A DNA stretch of 64,000 nt from Paraspadella gotoi (Eukaryota; Animalia; Chaetognatha). The notes beneath the pieces are model-generated. The model had not been told where the DNA came from, ran no database searches, and saw only the letters and a program-made list of their open reading frames with translations. The stretch covers positions 2,401,268-2,465,267 of the forward strand of contig CM119265.1 in NCBI GenBank assembly GCA_051294375.1. The letters run 5' to 3'. Below, piece by piece: positions 29,228-42,662 of this stretch (position 1 is its first letter; every line of letters begins with the position of its first letter). Made by a program: the position numbers and the translations under genes.

Positions 29228-32200
29228 TGTAATCTTATCTTTCAGTTGTTCCTTTTTTTTTGTTTTTCTTTGTTCTCTTTTGTTCTTCCCCGAATCGGCG
29301 GAGATAGAAAAACATCGCGAGCGTTTTGTTTACCTTCATCTCGATAGCGTTTGAGAGAGCGAGCGTTTTGTTTATCATTAACATTATCTAAAGAGAGAGC
29401 GAGCATAGAATGAGGGCGATCGATGATAGTGAACTCGAGAGTCGCGTGACCTGTGAGAGTTGACATCTATCACAGATTCACAGGGCATCGTTTGGGAGTG
29501 ATACTGAAAAAAGGCGGAAATTTACTTTACTGACAAACGAGGCTTCATCCAATGTAAGAATCAACCTTGTACGACTTTTGATCTAACAAGTAAAAATATT
29601 ACGTTGGTTATTCAAAATTAAAGAAAACAAGTTTGAGCAATACAATGCCGGAGCTGCCCACCATCATTAGCGGTAATTAACTAGTTAATTTATTACTTAA
29701 TTAAGTAATAAATTAACTTAATATTTAAATAAATAATTAATTGTTTGCGAAAATTTGTTTGTTTTTAGGTCATTTCGTAAGATCACTAACCACGATAAAA
29801 ACAACGACGACGATAACACCGACGAAGATTAATTGAATGATTGATTGATTGATCAATTAATTAATTAAATAAATACTACAGGTTTTTTTCTTCATTTAAA
29901 ATCATTTTCACTTGGACGATTCCATCGAAACTTGACTTCCTGCTCAATCGCATACTTTACTACCCACATACAAAATTTCAAGTCAATCGCCCCGTCCACT
30001 CATGAGTAATTGGCGTTCAAAGCTAAGGGGGGACGGACGGATGGACAGACATACGGACATCTTTTTTTTTTGGTGTAATTTATCCTAATTTTATGTTCTG
30101 AGATGATATGACAAAATAATGAGAGGCGACCGACAGACCGACAAAGTGAATTATAGAGCCGGAACATGCTGATAAGCAGATCCGGCTAAAAACTTGTATA
30201 CATGCTCGGGTATAAAAAGTAAAAAATTGATTGTTTACAAACCGAGACAAGTAATAAAATACCAGTTTTATACCATAATCACTATAATGTTCTCATCTTA
30301 CTATTCTACTCTGTGCTCTATCGATTGATCAAATATACTTAAAATTATAAACATATATTTAGAAGTTAGTAAAAACAATAAATACAAATAAAGAGTTAAA
30401 TACGGAAAAGTGTTAGATTGAGTAAGATCACAAAAATCATTAATGTTTAAGCTAAGATATTGGATTTCGTTGGAATAGCATTTACAATTTTTTTTCATGG
30501 AGTTCTCGATTTTTTTTTCATGTATCATGAGATAACAAAAATAACGAGATATTGAAAATGACTAATTAAAAATCTAAGGGACCTAAAGTAATCATCAGCG
30601 ATAGGATGGTCCAGAAAGACCAGAAAAAGATAGAAAAATAATTAATATATGTTTTGGTATTTATTCTTTATACAATATTTCTCTCTTTTTTTGGGAAGAA
30701 ATCTTTTCAAAAGTCGATTCATTTAGTGTATTATTAAATATGCGCTAATGAAGGCTCGTACTGTGAGCCGAAACATGTCTGCTCTTGTAACAATAAAATT
30801 CGTTGCAAAAATAAAATCGAACTTTGTTTATTAAAGTTTCATAATATTTGCAAACATATCAACGAAGTAATTGTAAATAATTCAAAATAAAACAATGAAG
30901 ATGAAAAGCTGAAAATCCAAATCAGTGCGCGATACGAAACCCTGAAAAGCACTAATGAAAAAAATGTAATGATTAAAAACTAATCAGGTAAGGAAATAGA
31001 TAAAAAAAAATATATTGAAAGTACTTAAAGACATTTTTTTTACCGAAAATCAAAATACCATATGTAATTATTTTCAACCGTTTCTTTTATTAATTAGCTA
31101 CTTCTCGTCACAACCATACAAAGTAAATTTGAAGATTATTCGATTTTAGGATTTTTCATTTGTCTCATGTGATGGTCAAAAAGAGTTCCAGCGGGATTCC
31201 TCCCACACGTGGAAGGAATCCCGTGCGGGAGGAATCCCGTGTGGGAGGAATTCCATGGGAGAATCCCCCGGGAGGAATCTCGTGTGGGAGGAATCCCATG
31301 GGGAGGAATCCCGTGTGGGAGAATCAATGAGGGAGGAATCCCGTGTGGAGGAATCAAGTAGGGAGGAATCCCGTGTGGGAGGAATCAAGTAGGGAGGAAT
31401 ACCGTGTGGGAGGAATACCACAGCCACCGTCAAAAAGAACAATTGAGCTGGAAAAGGTACTTATACAAGAATCATGCCACAATCATCATTAACTTTTTTT
31501 TAAATTTAAGGTAATTAAGCTATTCTCACACCAGGGCAGAGAGGATGGGAAAGAAAACAAGAACGGTAATTCCAATGTGTTACGCCGCAGTGACTGTCTT
31601 TCACGTGTATTTCTGGGTGATTACGCACTGTATTGGAATTAGACTTACCGACCAATAAAATGTTAAAAGTATACCGATGATATACATTATATACCCTAAT
31701 ATGCTAGGTCAGAAAAATCCAATCAAAGGATTTTTTTTTAATTGCTAATTAAAGATTTTTATTTTTATTTAAAAATACTTTAATTATTAATAATTTTGTG
31801 GATAAGGCGTTAAGTGGGTTGAATAGTGCTATACGCAACTTCTTTTGCCCCTTAAACAACCATGGCATGGAATGGCATAGCATACCCTTTAAGTCCGAAC
31901 CCTTTTAAGCCTAATCATTCATATGAAATGTAGGTATAATTGAGTGAATAAAGTGGGTAAAACTACAAAAAATGCCATAATAACTGATATACCTTCGCGG
32001 TTTTCAATATCAGTGAATTTGTTAAAGATTCTTAAAATGATAAGGAGCTTTTTTTGAAACTTTTTAAATTGTGAATCGTCAATAGGGCATCGATATAAAA
32101 TGTTATTTATGGGGTCAAACGCGTGATAACTTGGTGAAATGTATTCTAGTCCAGCCCCGAAAGAATTAATCAACTCCCAGTGTTTCAGATTATAGTAGGA

Positions 32201-35200
32201 AAAAATTCGAGAAGGTAAGGAGTAATAGAATAAACCTCGAACGCTACTTTGAACTGATGTGATGTTGAAATGAGATGAATTTTCAATAGAAATATAAAGA
32301 GCTCCATTTACAAATAAAGCGGTTATAATAAAAGGTATTTTGATAAAAAAGATAAACGAACTGATACACTTCCTATTTAATATAAATCCAAATATTATGG
32401 GAAAAAAATTAATGAAGGAACTATAATACAAGAGTAGCCAGTACTGTTTCCAAACTATAATCCCAAGCAATTGATTTTTCATATAATTTTTCATAATATC
32501 ATTAGCTGCCGACTTTTGATCGCTGCAAAATGTTCCAAAATCTTTTACAAAGTTCATGTACATATATTTTTCTGGTTTTATTGAAAACAATAGGATTGGT
32601 AAAGATAACTGAATTAAAATGACAGTCAGTCTAAACAAAATTTCTTGCTGAACCGATGCCCTGGTTAAAAATGTATCTATGATCGAAATGTACAATGTTA
32701 GAATAACTGATAAAGGAACCAAATCGATGAATTTACCTAAAAGATAAACTTTCCATTTAGAATCTATAAGATGATTAACAAGCGCTTTTCGGGTGGAACA
32801 TTCTTCAATTCCCAAAGAAACTAATTCTTTACCAGGCATTGAAAGCCAACAATTGTCACCGATACGGGACTGAGTGAAGACATTGACGCCCCCAGAAAAC
32901 TCGCCCGCTTTTCTGGTCAAAAAAAGATGTTTAAATGAAATGGATACGTTCATCGATAAAATAATAATAGGAGTTAAGAAAGCACAAACCATAAACGGAA
33001 GCTTTTTAAAACTGTTTTTTAATCCTGATAAAAGTATAAAGTAAACTAAACCAAGAACGACGTCTATCAGGTTAAACATAATACAAATGTAGTAATTGTA
33101 GTTATATATTTGATAATTACCAAGATAGAGAGTCCAATCTGGACCAGCATTGGCCAGCGGCTGTAGTGAACTCGTGGTCCATTTCATTAGATTTTCGGAG
33201 CATTTTATATATTCACTATCGGTAAACTGGTATAAACGTAACTTATTCCATTTTTCGTTTTCAACTGCCCCTTTTATCTTATAACATCTGGTAAGAAAGG
33301 ATTTCGAAGACGCGTTCCAAAGCAGTTCGTAAAACTCAATTTGAGGAAACATTCCTGTTTCAAGGCTCCAAATTCGGTATGGGTTGAAAACGAGGTTATA
33401 CATGTGCGTCTTTCTGTCAATGTATCCGAGGTATTTCGTATACTTATTGTATAAATGAATAACAGAAAAGAAGATGACGTTGTAAATTGAAAGAAGAAAA
33501 TATTGAGTAACTGCCCTGTTGGAAGGTTGAACGAAATTGGCGTCCTTGATCTTTCTCCATACTCCGAACAGTTGGCGGGGTAATAAAAGTCGGAGGAGAA
33601 TCAACGGGAAAAAACATAATAACAACAATGATGATTTTATTGCCATAATAAACAACAGATACATCGATACATACAAACCAATAAGACCTGAAAATGAAGT
33701 AATGATTATTAATCATACATTTATGGTGGAATAAAATCCACCAACCGTTCATCAGCGGCCATTGGTGCCGGAGGCAAGTCATTCGCCTCCCAACCCATAA
33801 ATCCGAGGTTCTAGCCCGGTGGTCGCCTCGCAGTTAAGAGGGACGGGTCGCTTAGCCCGCCTGTAACACAGTGTTACAGCCTGATCCAAAGATCAGGGAC
33901 TACTTATATTGAACGGTTCTGAAACTAACACATTACAATAACTACTGTCTCTTCACATTAGGCATATCGCCTTCCTGTGCAAAACTCTCTACATTGTACA
34001 ATCTCAAGTTGTTTCGACTTCCCAAACTTCGCTTTGTTTCGGCGTAATTACTCTGTATATTTCTCTGCCATAAACTGCGTTCATCAAAGTAAAATGTACT
34101 AAGCCAAGGCTTACTTACCATGGTCCTCTTTTATTTATTTTCCTTAAGGTTTTACATCGATTAGGTTTGACTTACTTTTCTTCAGTTTTCCTTACTTACC
34201 TTGCAACGTTCCGAGCGCCATCAGCGGTATTTTCCATGAAAATTCTTTCTGTTCGGTCATCAACTCGCCCAGATGGCATCCGACGGCGAGTTTGGCAATG
34301 CCGATGCAAGAAATTGCAATGGAAACCATCATCTTGTACTCCTTGACACGCCACCAGCAATATGTAGCACGAAAAGTTTTGTTTGGCAATGCGGCGTCTT
34401 TGCAATGGCATGCCTCGTCGACAGGGCTCAGAGAACCATTCACTCCGATCCGGTACAACTTCTCCAAGGTCCGGGGAGTCTTGCCTCCCATGGAGGGTTT
34501 GTTGCTCAGGATCATTCCGGTTTTCGGGTCGTAGTTGTGATAGAAAGTCCGCTCCAGTCCGCTGAAGCATTGCTCGTCGACGCCGATCATCCAGACCAAC
34601 GCCATGGCGCCCGTCTGGACGACCATCTGCGGAAAGGACTCTAGAAGCGTGTGGAGAAAATTGGCGCCGTCGACGACGCCCACTTTGAAGGCGGATTGGN
34701 NNNNNNNNNNNNNNNNNNNNNNNNCTGATGGAATCCATAAAATAAAAAAGAGTGTCCACCGAGATCAAGTGCTGAAAGAGGAGGGACAAAAAAAAAGCAA
34801 AGCAGCCTAGGCGTGCATGCAAGGCAGCCATCCGCCTGGCGCCACCTGCTTCTAGTGGTGAGGAGAAATCATTGTCTAATTCATAAGATGTAAAAGTCCA
34901 AGAGAAAAAAAAAAGCGGGGGAAAGAAAAAAAAAGGCGGGGATGGGAAATAGAAAAAAAAAAACATCGTAAAAAAAAAAAAAAAAGAAGAAAAAAAAAAA
35001 ATAAAAACAAAAAAAAAGAAAAGACAGGAAAATAAACAATCAGACTAAAACGAAGTAGAGGGGAGGACAAGAGTGGACCATGAGCGCGCGAGGAAGGACC
35101 GTCCTCGGAGGAGTTGAAATCGGGAAAAAAAAAGGGGGGGCGGGGAAGAAAAAAAAAAATAAAACGAAAAAACACATTACTAGGAACAACCAAAAAAAAA

Positions 35201-38200
35201 ACACAAAATAAAAAAAAAAAATAAAGTCTATCTTTGAATTAGACAACGTGATTGATTTGAATAAAAGGTTTCTTTATTTATTTTTTTTTTTTTTTTTTTT
35301 TTATACCGCTAGTCAGAGAGAGGTGTTTCGAGCCGTTTTCTCATCGAGTGCTCTAACTACGCCAGGCGCTTATAACGCATCATAATGAATTGGAGAAAGC
35401 CGATCACGATGCGTATGTAAGACTCCGTGTCTTCACATGAATGCATGCTCACAGATTTACTCATTCCTTTCTTTTCTGTGCATTTCTGAACTTGCAATCA
35501 TTCTGTTTCTATAGGCTGTAGACTCCATTTCTGTAGCGGATTAACTACTTCCATCGTGATCCTATCTTTCCTTCCCCCATTGTCTTGCTAATTCTTTTCT
35601 CAAATTGTAATTCAGACCCTCGCTGGCTCTATCTTTTGTTTCCGCCAATAGGTATTTTATTGACGACCAGAACCTCCAAGCCAGTCTTTTTCGACCGGCT
35701 CCCATTTGCGCCGACCCCGCCCGATGAGACTCTACGCACGAAAATCTTCGCAGCCGCCGCCGTTCGTCGTGAAAGAATATTCACCACCTCCGAGTTAAAA
35801 GTATAAAAGTAAACTAACCAAGACAGACGTCTATCAGGTTAAAACATAATACAAATTAGTAATATATTTGTAGTTATATATTTTGATAATTACCAAGATA
35901 GAGAGTCCAATCTGGACCAGCATTGGCCAGGGCGTGTTGAACTCGTGGTCCATTTTCATTAGATTTTCGGAGCATTTTTATTATCACTATCTCGTAAACT
36001 GGTATAAACGTAACTTATTCCATTTTTCGTTTTCAACGGCCCCTTTTATCTATAACATCTGGTAAGAAAGGATTTCGAAGACGCGTTCACAAGCAGTTCG
36101 TAAAACTCAATTTTGAGGAAACATTCCTGTTTCAAGCTCCAAATTCGGTATGGGTTGAAAACGAGGTTATACATGTAGGCTCTTTCTGTCAATGTATCGA
36201 GGTATTTCGTATACTTTTGTATAAATGAATAAACAGAAAAGAAGATGACGTTGTAAATTGAAAGAAGAAAATATTGAGTTAACTCGCTGTTGGAAGGTTT
36301 TGAACGAAATTGGCGTCTTGATCTTTCTCCATACTCTCGAACAGTTGGCGGGGTAATAAAAGTCGGAGGAGAATCAACGGAAAAAAACATTAACAACAAT
36401 GATGATTTTAGTGCATAATAAACAACAGATACATCGATACATACAAACAAAAAGACCTGAAAATGAAGTAATGATTTATTAATCATACATTTATGGTGGA
36501 ATAAAAATCCACCAACCGTTCTCAGCGGCCATTGGTGCCGGAGGCAAGTCATTCGCCTCCCAACCCATAAATCCGAGGTTTCTAGCCCGGTGGTCGCCTC
36601 GCAGTTAAGAGGGACGGGTCGCTTAGCCCGCCTGTAACACAGTGTTACAGCCTGATCCAAAGATCAGGGACTACTTATATTGAACGGTTCTGAAACTAAC
36701 ACATTACAATAACTACTGTCTCTTCACATTTACGCATAATCGCCTTCCTGTGCAAAAACTCTCTACATGTACATTCTAAAGTTGTTCGAGCTTCCCAAGA
36801 CTTCGCTTTGGTGATCGGCGATAATTACTATGTATATTTCTCTGCCATAACTGCGTTCATCAAAGTAAAATGTACTAAGCCAAGGCTTACTTACCATGGT
36901 CCTCTTTTATTAGTATTTTCCTTAAGGTTTACTTACATCGATTAGGTTTGACTACTTTTCTTCAGTTCCTTAACTTACCTTGCTAACGTTCCGAGCGCCA
37001 TCAGCGTATTCTTCCATAAATTCTTTCTGTTCGGTCATCAACTCGACCACAGATGGCATCCCGACCGGCGAGTTGTGGCAATGCCGATGCAAGAAATTGC
37101 AATGGAAACCATATCTTGTACTGATGATGCATATGAGAGGTACTTATGTTAAGGAATTCCTTTCTCTCTCTCTTCTCTTCTTCTCTCTCTCTCCCTTCTC
37201 TCTCTTTGCTCTTACTCTCTTTCTCTCATTCTCTCTCTCTCTCTCTCGCTCTCTCTCTTTCTTCCTCTCAAGAAAAGCGGTTCTTTAATAATGAGAAGCA
37301 CAATGGGGGCTGTTCCATTGACACCTGAGCTCTTCCTATTCAACCCTTTTCGCTAAACAGAATGGCCAAATTCAGAGAATTTCTCAATTCCCTATTTTAT
37401 CTCCTTTTATTATTCTCATCTATTCCTTTGTTTTTTCCCTTTTTTCATATTATTTTTATACGAAATAAAACTGAATTTCAAATTTTCAAGATTTTTTCTT
37501 TCTTACTGTCTCAATTTTATTTTTCTACTAAATTAAGGTTGCAGTCAGTTCATATTTCCCGCGAAATCTAACCTTTTCGGTTTTCGTTAACGCGTTGCTA
37601 GCACCGCCTACGCTTGGTTTTTCCTTGCCGTCGCATCTTCTCGCCGTTGGTTCGAGCTGAAGCGTAACTCTTTACGGAACGGCACTCGATGAATCATACC
37701 TGATCAGTATTTATCTTTCCTCCCTCACCCTTTTATCTCTTACCTTCTCACCGCTCCTTAACCGACTTTTCTCTTCCGCATTTCGTCGGTTGCTTTTATG
37801 AATCTCGCTTTTTATCGGGATAGGAGTGAGGATAGGCGAGGAAGAAAAGTGTAGGGAAGGAAAATAGGGAAGTGGTAAGAATAAAGGGGAAGGGAAGCGA
37901 TTGAGAGGACAGTAGGAAAGATGAAAGTGAGAGAGTCAATGAAAACCGGGAAATTAACCAATTGAAGAGAAGATAATTAAAGAGTAGAAGCCGGAGAAAC
38001 CCTGATCTAATAAGCTGTACACGTAAACAGATATGTAGGGCACGAATAAGTTTTGTTTGCCCAATTGCGGTGTCTTTGCAATGGATGCAGTCGTCGACAG
38101 GCCAGAGAAAACCATTCAACTCCAGATCCAGAGGTACCAACTTCCAAGAGTCGGAGAAGGTCTTGCCCCTCATAGAGAGGGTTGTGCTCAGGATCTATTC

Positions 38201-40153
38201 TCGGTTTTCGGGTCTCGTAGTTGTGATAGAAAGTCCGCTCCAGTACCGCTGAAGCATTGCTCGTCACGACCGTCATCCAGACCAAACGCCATGGCGGCAC
38301 CGTCTGGACGACATTCTCGCGGAAGGACTCTAGAATGCGTGTTGGAGAAATTGCGCTCGCGAACGACGCCACATTTTGACACGGCGGTTGGGATTTCGAG
38401 TTCTCCGTCCCCACGAGTGACATCGTCTCATCATGATTCCTCTTAGTTCGTATAACGGATCGAGGCTGAGGGAAACGAGACCGAGAGGCCGAACAAAAAG
38501 GCAATCATATACTCAGAGTCTTAACGCCTCGATCGTCGTTCTTCCACAGAGTCGAGGCGATAAAATAATCGGACGTTGAGAGACTGTGGAATCGAAGTAA
38601 GTGGAGAGAGCGCGAGCTCGAGACTGTGGATGGAGAAGGCGCCACGAGGGCCACCGCCGAGGCGTGACGAAGATTATGAGCGACGCCACGTGGGACTCGT
38701 CGACTCATGACGTCCGTCACCAAATATCGCCAGGCATTCATGGCACGTACAGCATCTCCATGTCAGACGAGTTGGTAGAAAAAAGCACAGCAAACGCTTT
38801 GGTGGGGGATAATTTAAAAAAAATCAAATTAAAGTCATGATGGAAGATAATAGGGAATACTGATGATCTATTAATAATTAATAGTAATATAATTAATATA
38901 ATACTCATAATTATAATCAATAATAAATAATAATAATAATAAATATATAATAATATAATAAAATATAATAATTCTTTATATAATCTTTAATCAAAAAAGC
39001 TTATAGTTAATAGATAAGATGAAAAGTGATAATATATACCCATTAATATATTATTATATAACGTATATTAAATGTTAAATCAAGATTTGCTAGAACGGAC
39101 GGAGGATTGTGGCTCCCTAATTACCCATCTCCAATGGACCAGTTTGTGCCTGTGATTGAAATTTATCTATTTTTAGGTTTTTAAATTATTATTATGATAA
39201 AATATGTTTGCGCTAAAACAATAAAAAAAAACTTTTTTACGTGTGACTTGCCTATTGATTCACAATGGGTTTTTTTTTTCTGTCGCCTTGAAAATCGGAA
39301 CTTTGAAGGTAAAGCGATGATTCCTGTGGTCAATTGAAGCGCCGATCATCAATGATAAATTTCCTGAAAGAGAAATACCTTTGGTAATGAAAAATATACA
39401 GGGTTGTTACCTAAAGTTTTAAAATAATATTCGGTTGAAGCCTCATCATTCGTCTGGACGATTTTGAATGTGAGGTAGGTAAAAAAAAAACAAAAACAGT
39501 TTCTGTACCTCTCTCTCTTTCTATCCCTGCCTCTCGCTCTCTTTTAGAATTTAAGTTGAGTATTTCTTGTTTTAAATTATTCTACAATTTAATAAATAAA
39601 ATAAATAATGCATGTCGTTCATTCTTCCTTCGTTGCAAAGTGAATAAATTGCTCGATACAGAAATCGATAACGAAAACTGAATGACCAAAAAATTGATTA
39701 AGTCACGTGATCATTGAAGCTGATGATTGGGAAAATGAATGGAGGAAAATGAAAGATCTTAATGATTTTTCGGGAGGAATCAAACTTGATTAATTGATCA
39801 AATTGTTAGATTAAAACTGATCGATCGATCGATAGATTGATGGGTTCCTCTGCAATAAGTCAACCGTCCAAACAACTGACACGCAAAATCTTTCAGAATT
39901 AAATTAGAATTAAATAGAATTAAATAGAATAGAATTAAATAGAATTAAATAGAATTAAATAGAATTAAATAGAGATTAAGTAGCGGGATGAATTTGGCAC
40001 AATGTAGGACTATAACTTAATTAATGTTACTTTTATTTATTGATTAAATTACATTCGGTGTGATCCTAGCTTTTTGTTTTGGTCCTCGTCATCGTTTGCA
40101 TCCATTCGTCAGTTTTGTTATCGTCGTCGCCTCAGAATATTAATCTCTCTCTA

Positions 40154-40186
<33 letters not shown>

Positions 40187-41023
40187 CTCTCATCTTACTC
40201 TCTCTCTCTCTCTCTCTCTCTTCTCTCCTACTCTCTCTCTCTCTCTCTATAAATATATCATCGCCAGAGGAAATCAAGACTCACAGAATCAAATCGGATC
40301 GCGAACGCGGGAGCAAAACTCCCGCCGGAAGCAGAACTGGAACATTCTCAATTGAATTGAAAGACAAATGGCAGTCGGCCCAAATGGGCAGATGGGCTTC
40401 TTTTCCGGCTGTAAACTTTACCCTTACCTCCGATCCGATCGCAGCGGTATAAAATAGAGAACTACCAACTTGTATTTGATTTACTCTCCCTCAAGAAATT
40501 ACACCGTCTTGTATATATTGTCTTAATACTGAAGAAATAAAATACACTTTGGTTTCTGCCTAGAAATCCCTGTCCTATTATACTAAATTGTGTGCAGCGA
40601 GTGGGATTCACGAACCCACGCCTCTCCGAAGATATATAATATATAATATAATTAATATATATATAAATATATATATATATTAAAGCCGTTAGCAAAAATA
40701 TTAAAATCAAGTAGAATCAAAATTTTTGCATACGCCTATATTTATGCATAGTACTTACCATAGAAATTTTTCAACTTGCATCAATTTTTCCACTTGCATA
40801 ATTTTTTAAACTCGCGACATCTTTTTAATTTGCATCAATTTTTTAACTCGAATAATTATTCAAATTGAATAGTTTTTAAACTTGCATCATTTTTTTAACT
40901 TCAATATTTTTTTCAAATTACATCATATTTTCACTTTAATTAATTAATTTCTTAACCACACACAAAATTTCATTCAAATCCATCCATCCAATCACGAGTA
41001 ATTAGAGTTTTTTACTAAGGGGG

Positions 41024-41057
<34 letters not shown>

Positions 41058-42553
41058 AGAGACAGACGGAAGGACGGACGCACGGACGGACATAATTTTT
41101 TTGCATAATTTATCATAATTCGATGTTCTGACATGATTTAAGTGAATGACCGACAAGATTGAGGGGCCGGACAGACGGACCGACTAAGTGGATTATAGAG
41201 TCGGGATCTGCTTATCAGCACATCCCGACTAATAACATTAATCGAATCATTTACGTTTAAAAACGAAATAAGGCGTTGTTAAGGTACTACAATTAACTAA
41301 AAAGATAAATAAATAAAGTATAAACAAGTTTCTTCCCCTCCGACCCTCTTCATCTTTCCTCCACCCACCCACCCAACCCACCCAACCTCGGATCCCAGCC
41401 TCGCCACCACCGCCCTTCAGCGTCTCCATGGCGACCAAATTGGCGCCGCATTCGGCCACGCCCTCCTCGTCGCCGACCTCAACGCAGATGGCGCCGAAGA
41501 TCTCGTCGTGGGCGCGCCCTTTCATAGCGGGAGCGATCCGAGGTGATTCATTGGATTGATTGGTTGATTGAATGATTGATTGATTGATTAATAGGATTGA
41601 TTGATTAATCGGATTGATTGAATAATTGATTGATTGACTGATTGGATTGATTGATGGGTTGAATGATTGACTAAATAATAGAATTGATTCATTGTTTGAT
41701 TGATTGATTGATTGATTTATCGATTGATTGTTCGATTGATCTATTGATTGTTCAATGTATTGATTCAGTGATTTAGTAATTAATTTAATTAAGTAATTTA
41801 ACTGATTGATTCGTACATCAATTACTTCTTTGATCATCTGATTAATTATTTGATTCAGGTTATATATTTTTTTTTATTTTCCAAAATCTTTAATCGTATC
41901 AAATTTGAAAACAAAAAATGACAGACGTCGATGAATTTCGGCAAAAAGTCGAAGTAGATTTCATGATTTAAAAACAAGATCGGTTCATCCAATGTGTGGC
42001 GCCGCAGTAACTTTCTTAGCCAGTGCATTGTCTTTTATTGTCCTTTATTCTTTATAATTTGGAATTTCGGAAGGCGTCGCTAGCAGTCACTATAAGCAAG
42101 TTATGAGGATTTTTAACATAATGGGACAGACCGATGGACAGACAAACCGACCGAAAAGTGACTTATAGAGTCGCTCCGCGAGTACTCGCGGCGAAAATAC
42201 AAAACTGAGGGACTTTTGTATCGAAAATTAAAAAAAAAGAGACAAAATTATTGATTAAGAAACCTAATAAATTTTCGAGACTGTCATTCGCGAATTGTAA
42301 GATTTATATAATCGCGGCAGAAAAAGGGAGATTTTAAATTTCAATTATAAATCTATTTTTAAATATCTTTTTTTTAAAATTCGTCCGATCGAAGGAACGA
42401 GATTTTTTTAGTGACTTAAAAAAATTAGGATTTTTATGACCTTTAAGATTTTTAACAAATAATTTTAATTATATTACCGACATTTTTGTGTTTAAAGAAA
42501 ATAAATAAATAAATAAATAAAAAATAATAAATAAAATAATAATAAATAAATAA

Positions 42554-42609
<56 letters not shown>

Positions 42610-42615
42610 AAATAA

Positions 42616-42662
<47 letters not shown>

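Noticed and set aside
33755-33826. Functional tRNA gene
   Set aside because: D and anticodon arms do not pair properly and there is no terminator; treated as a SINE head.
35322-35348. Minus-strand CTCGATGAG..CTCGAAAC hammerhead-like string
   Set aside because: Core has an insertion, helix II is poor, and it lies in low-quality sequence.
36046-36660. 204-aa ORF and other ORFs at 38007-38741
   Set aside because: Frame-hopping products of the indel-rich copy of the XK-related locus.
39080-40450. Possible further small exons (39080-39150, 39250-39362, 40260-40450)
   Set aside because: Could not establish consistent splice phases or homology.
41247-41837. 196-aa minus-strand ORF
   Set aside because: Antisense of integrin exon 6 plus (ATCA)n repeat.
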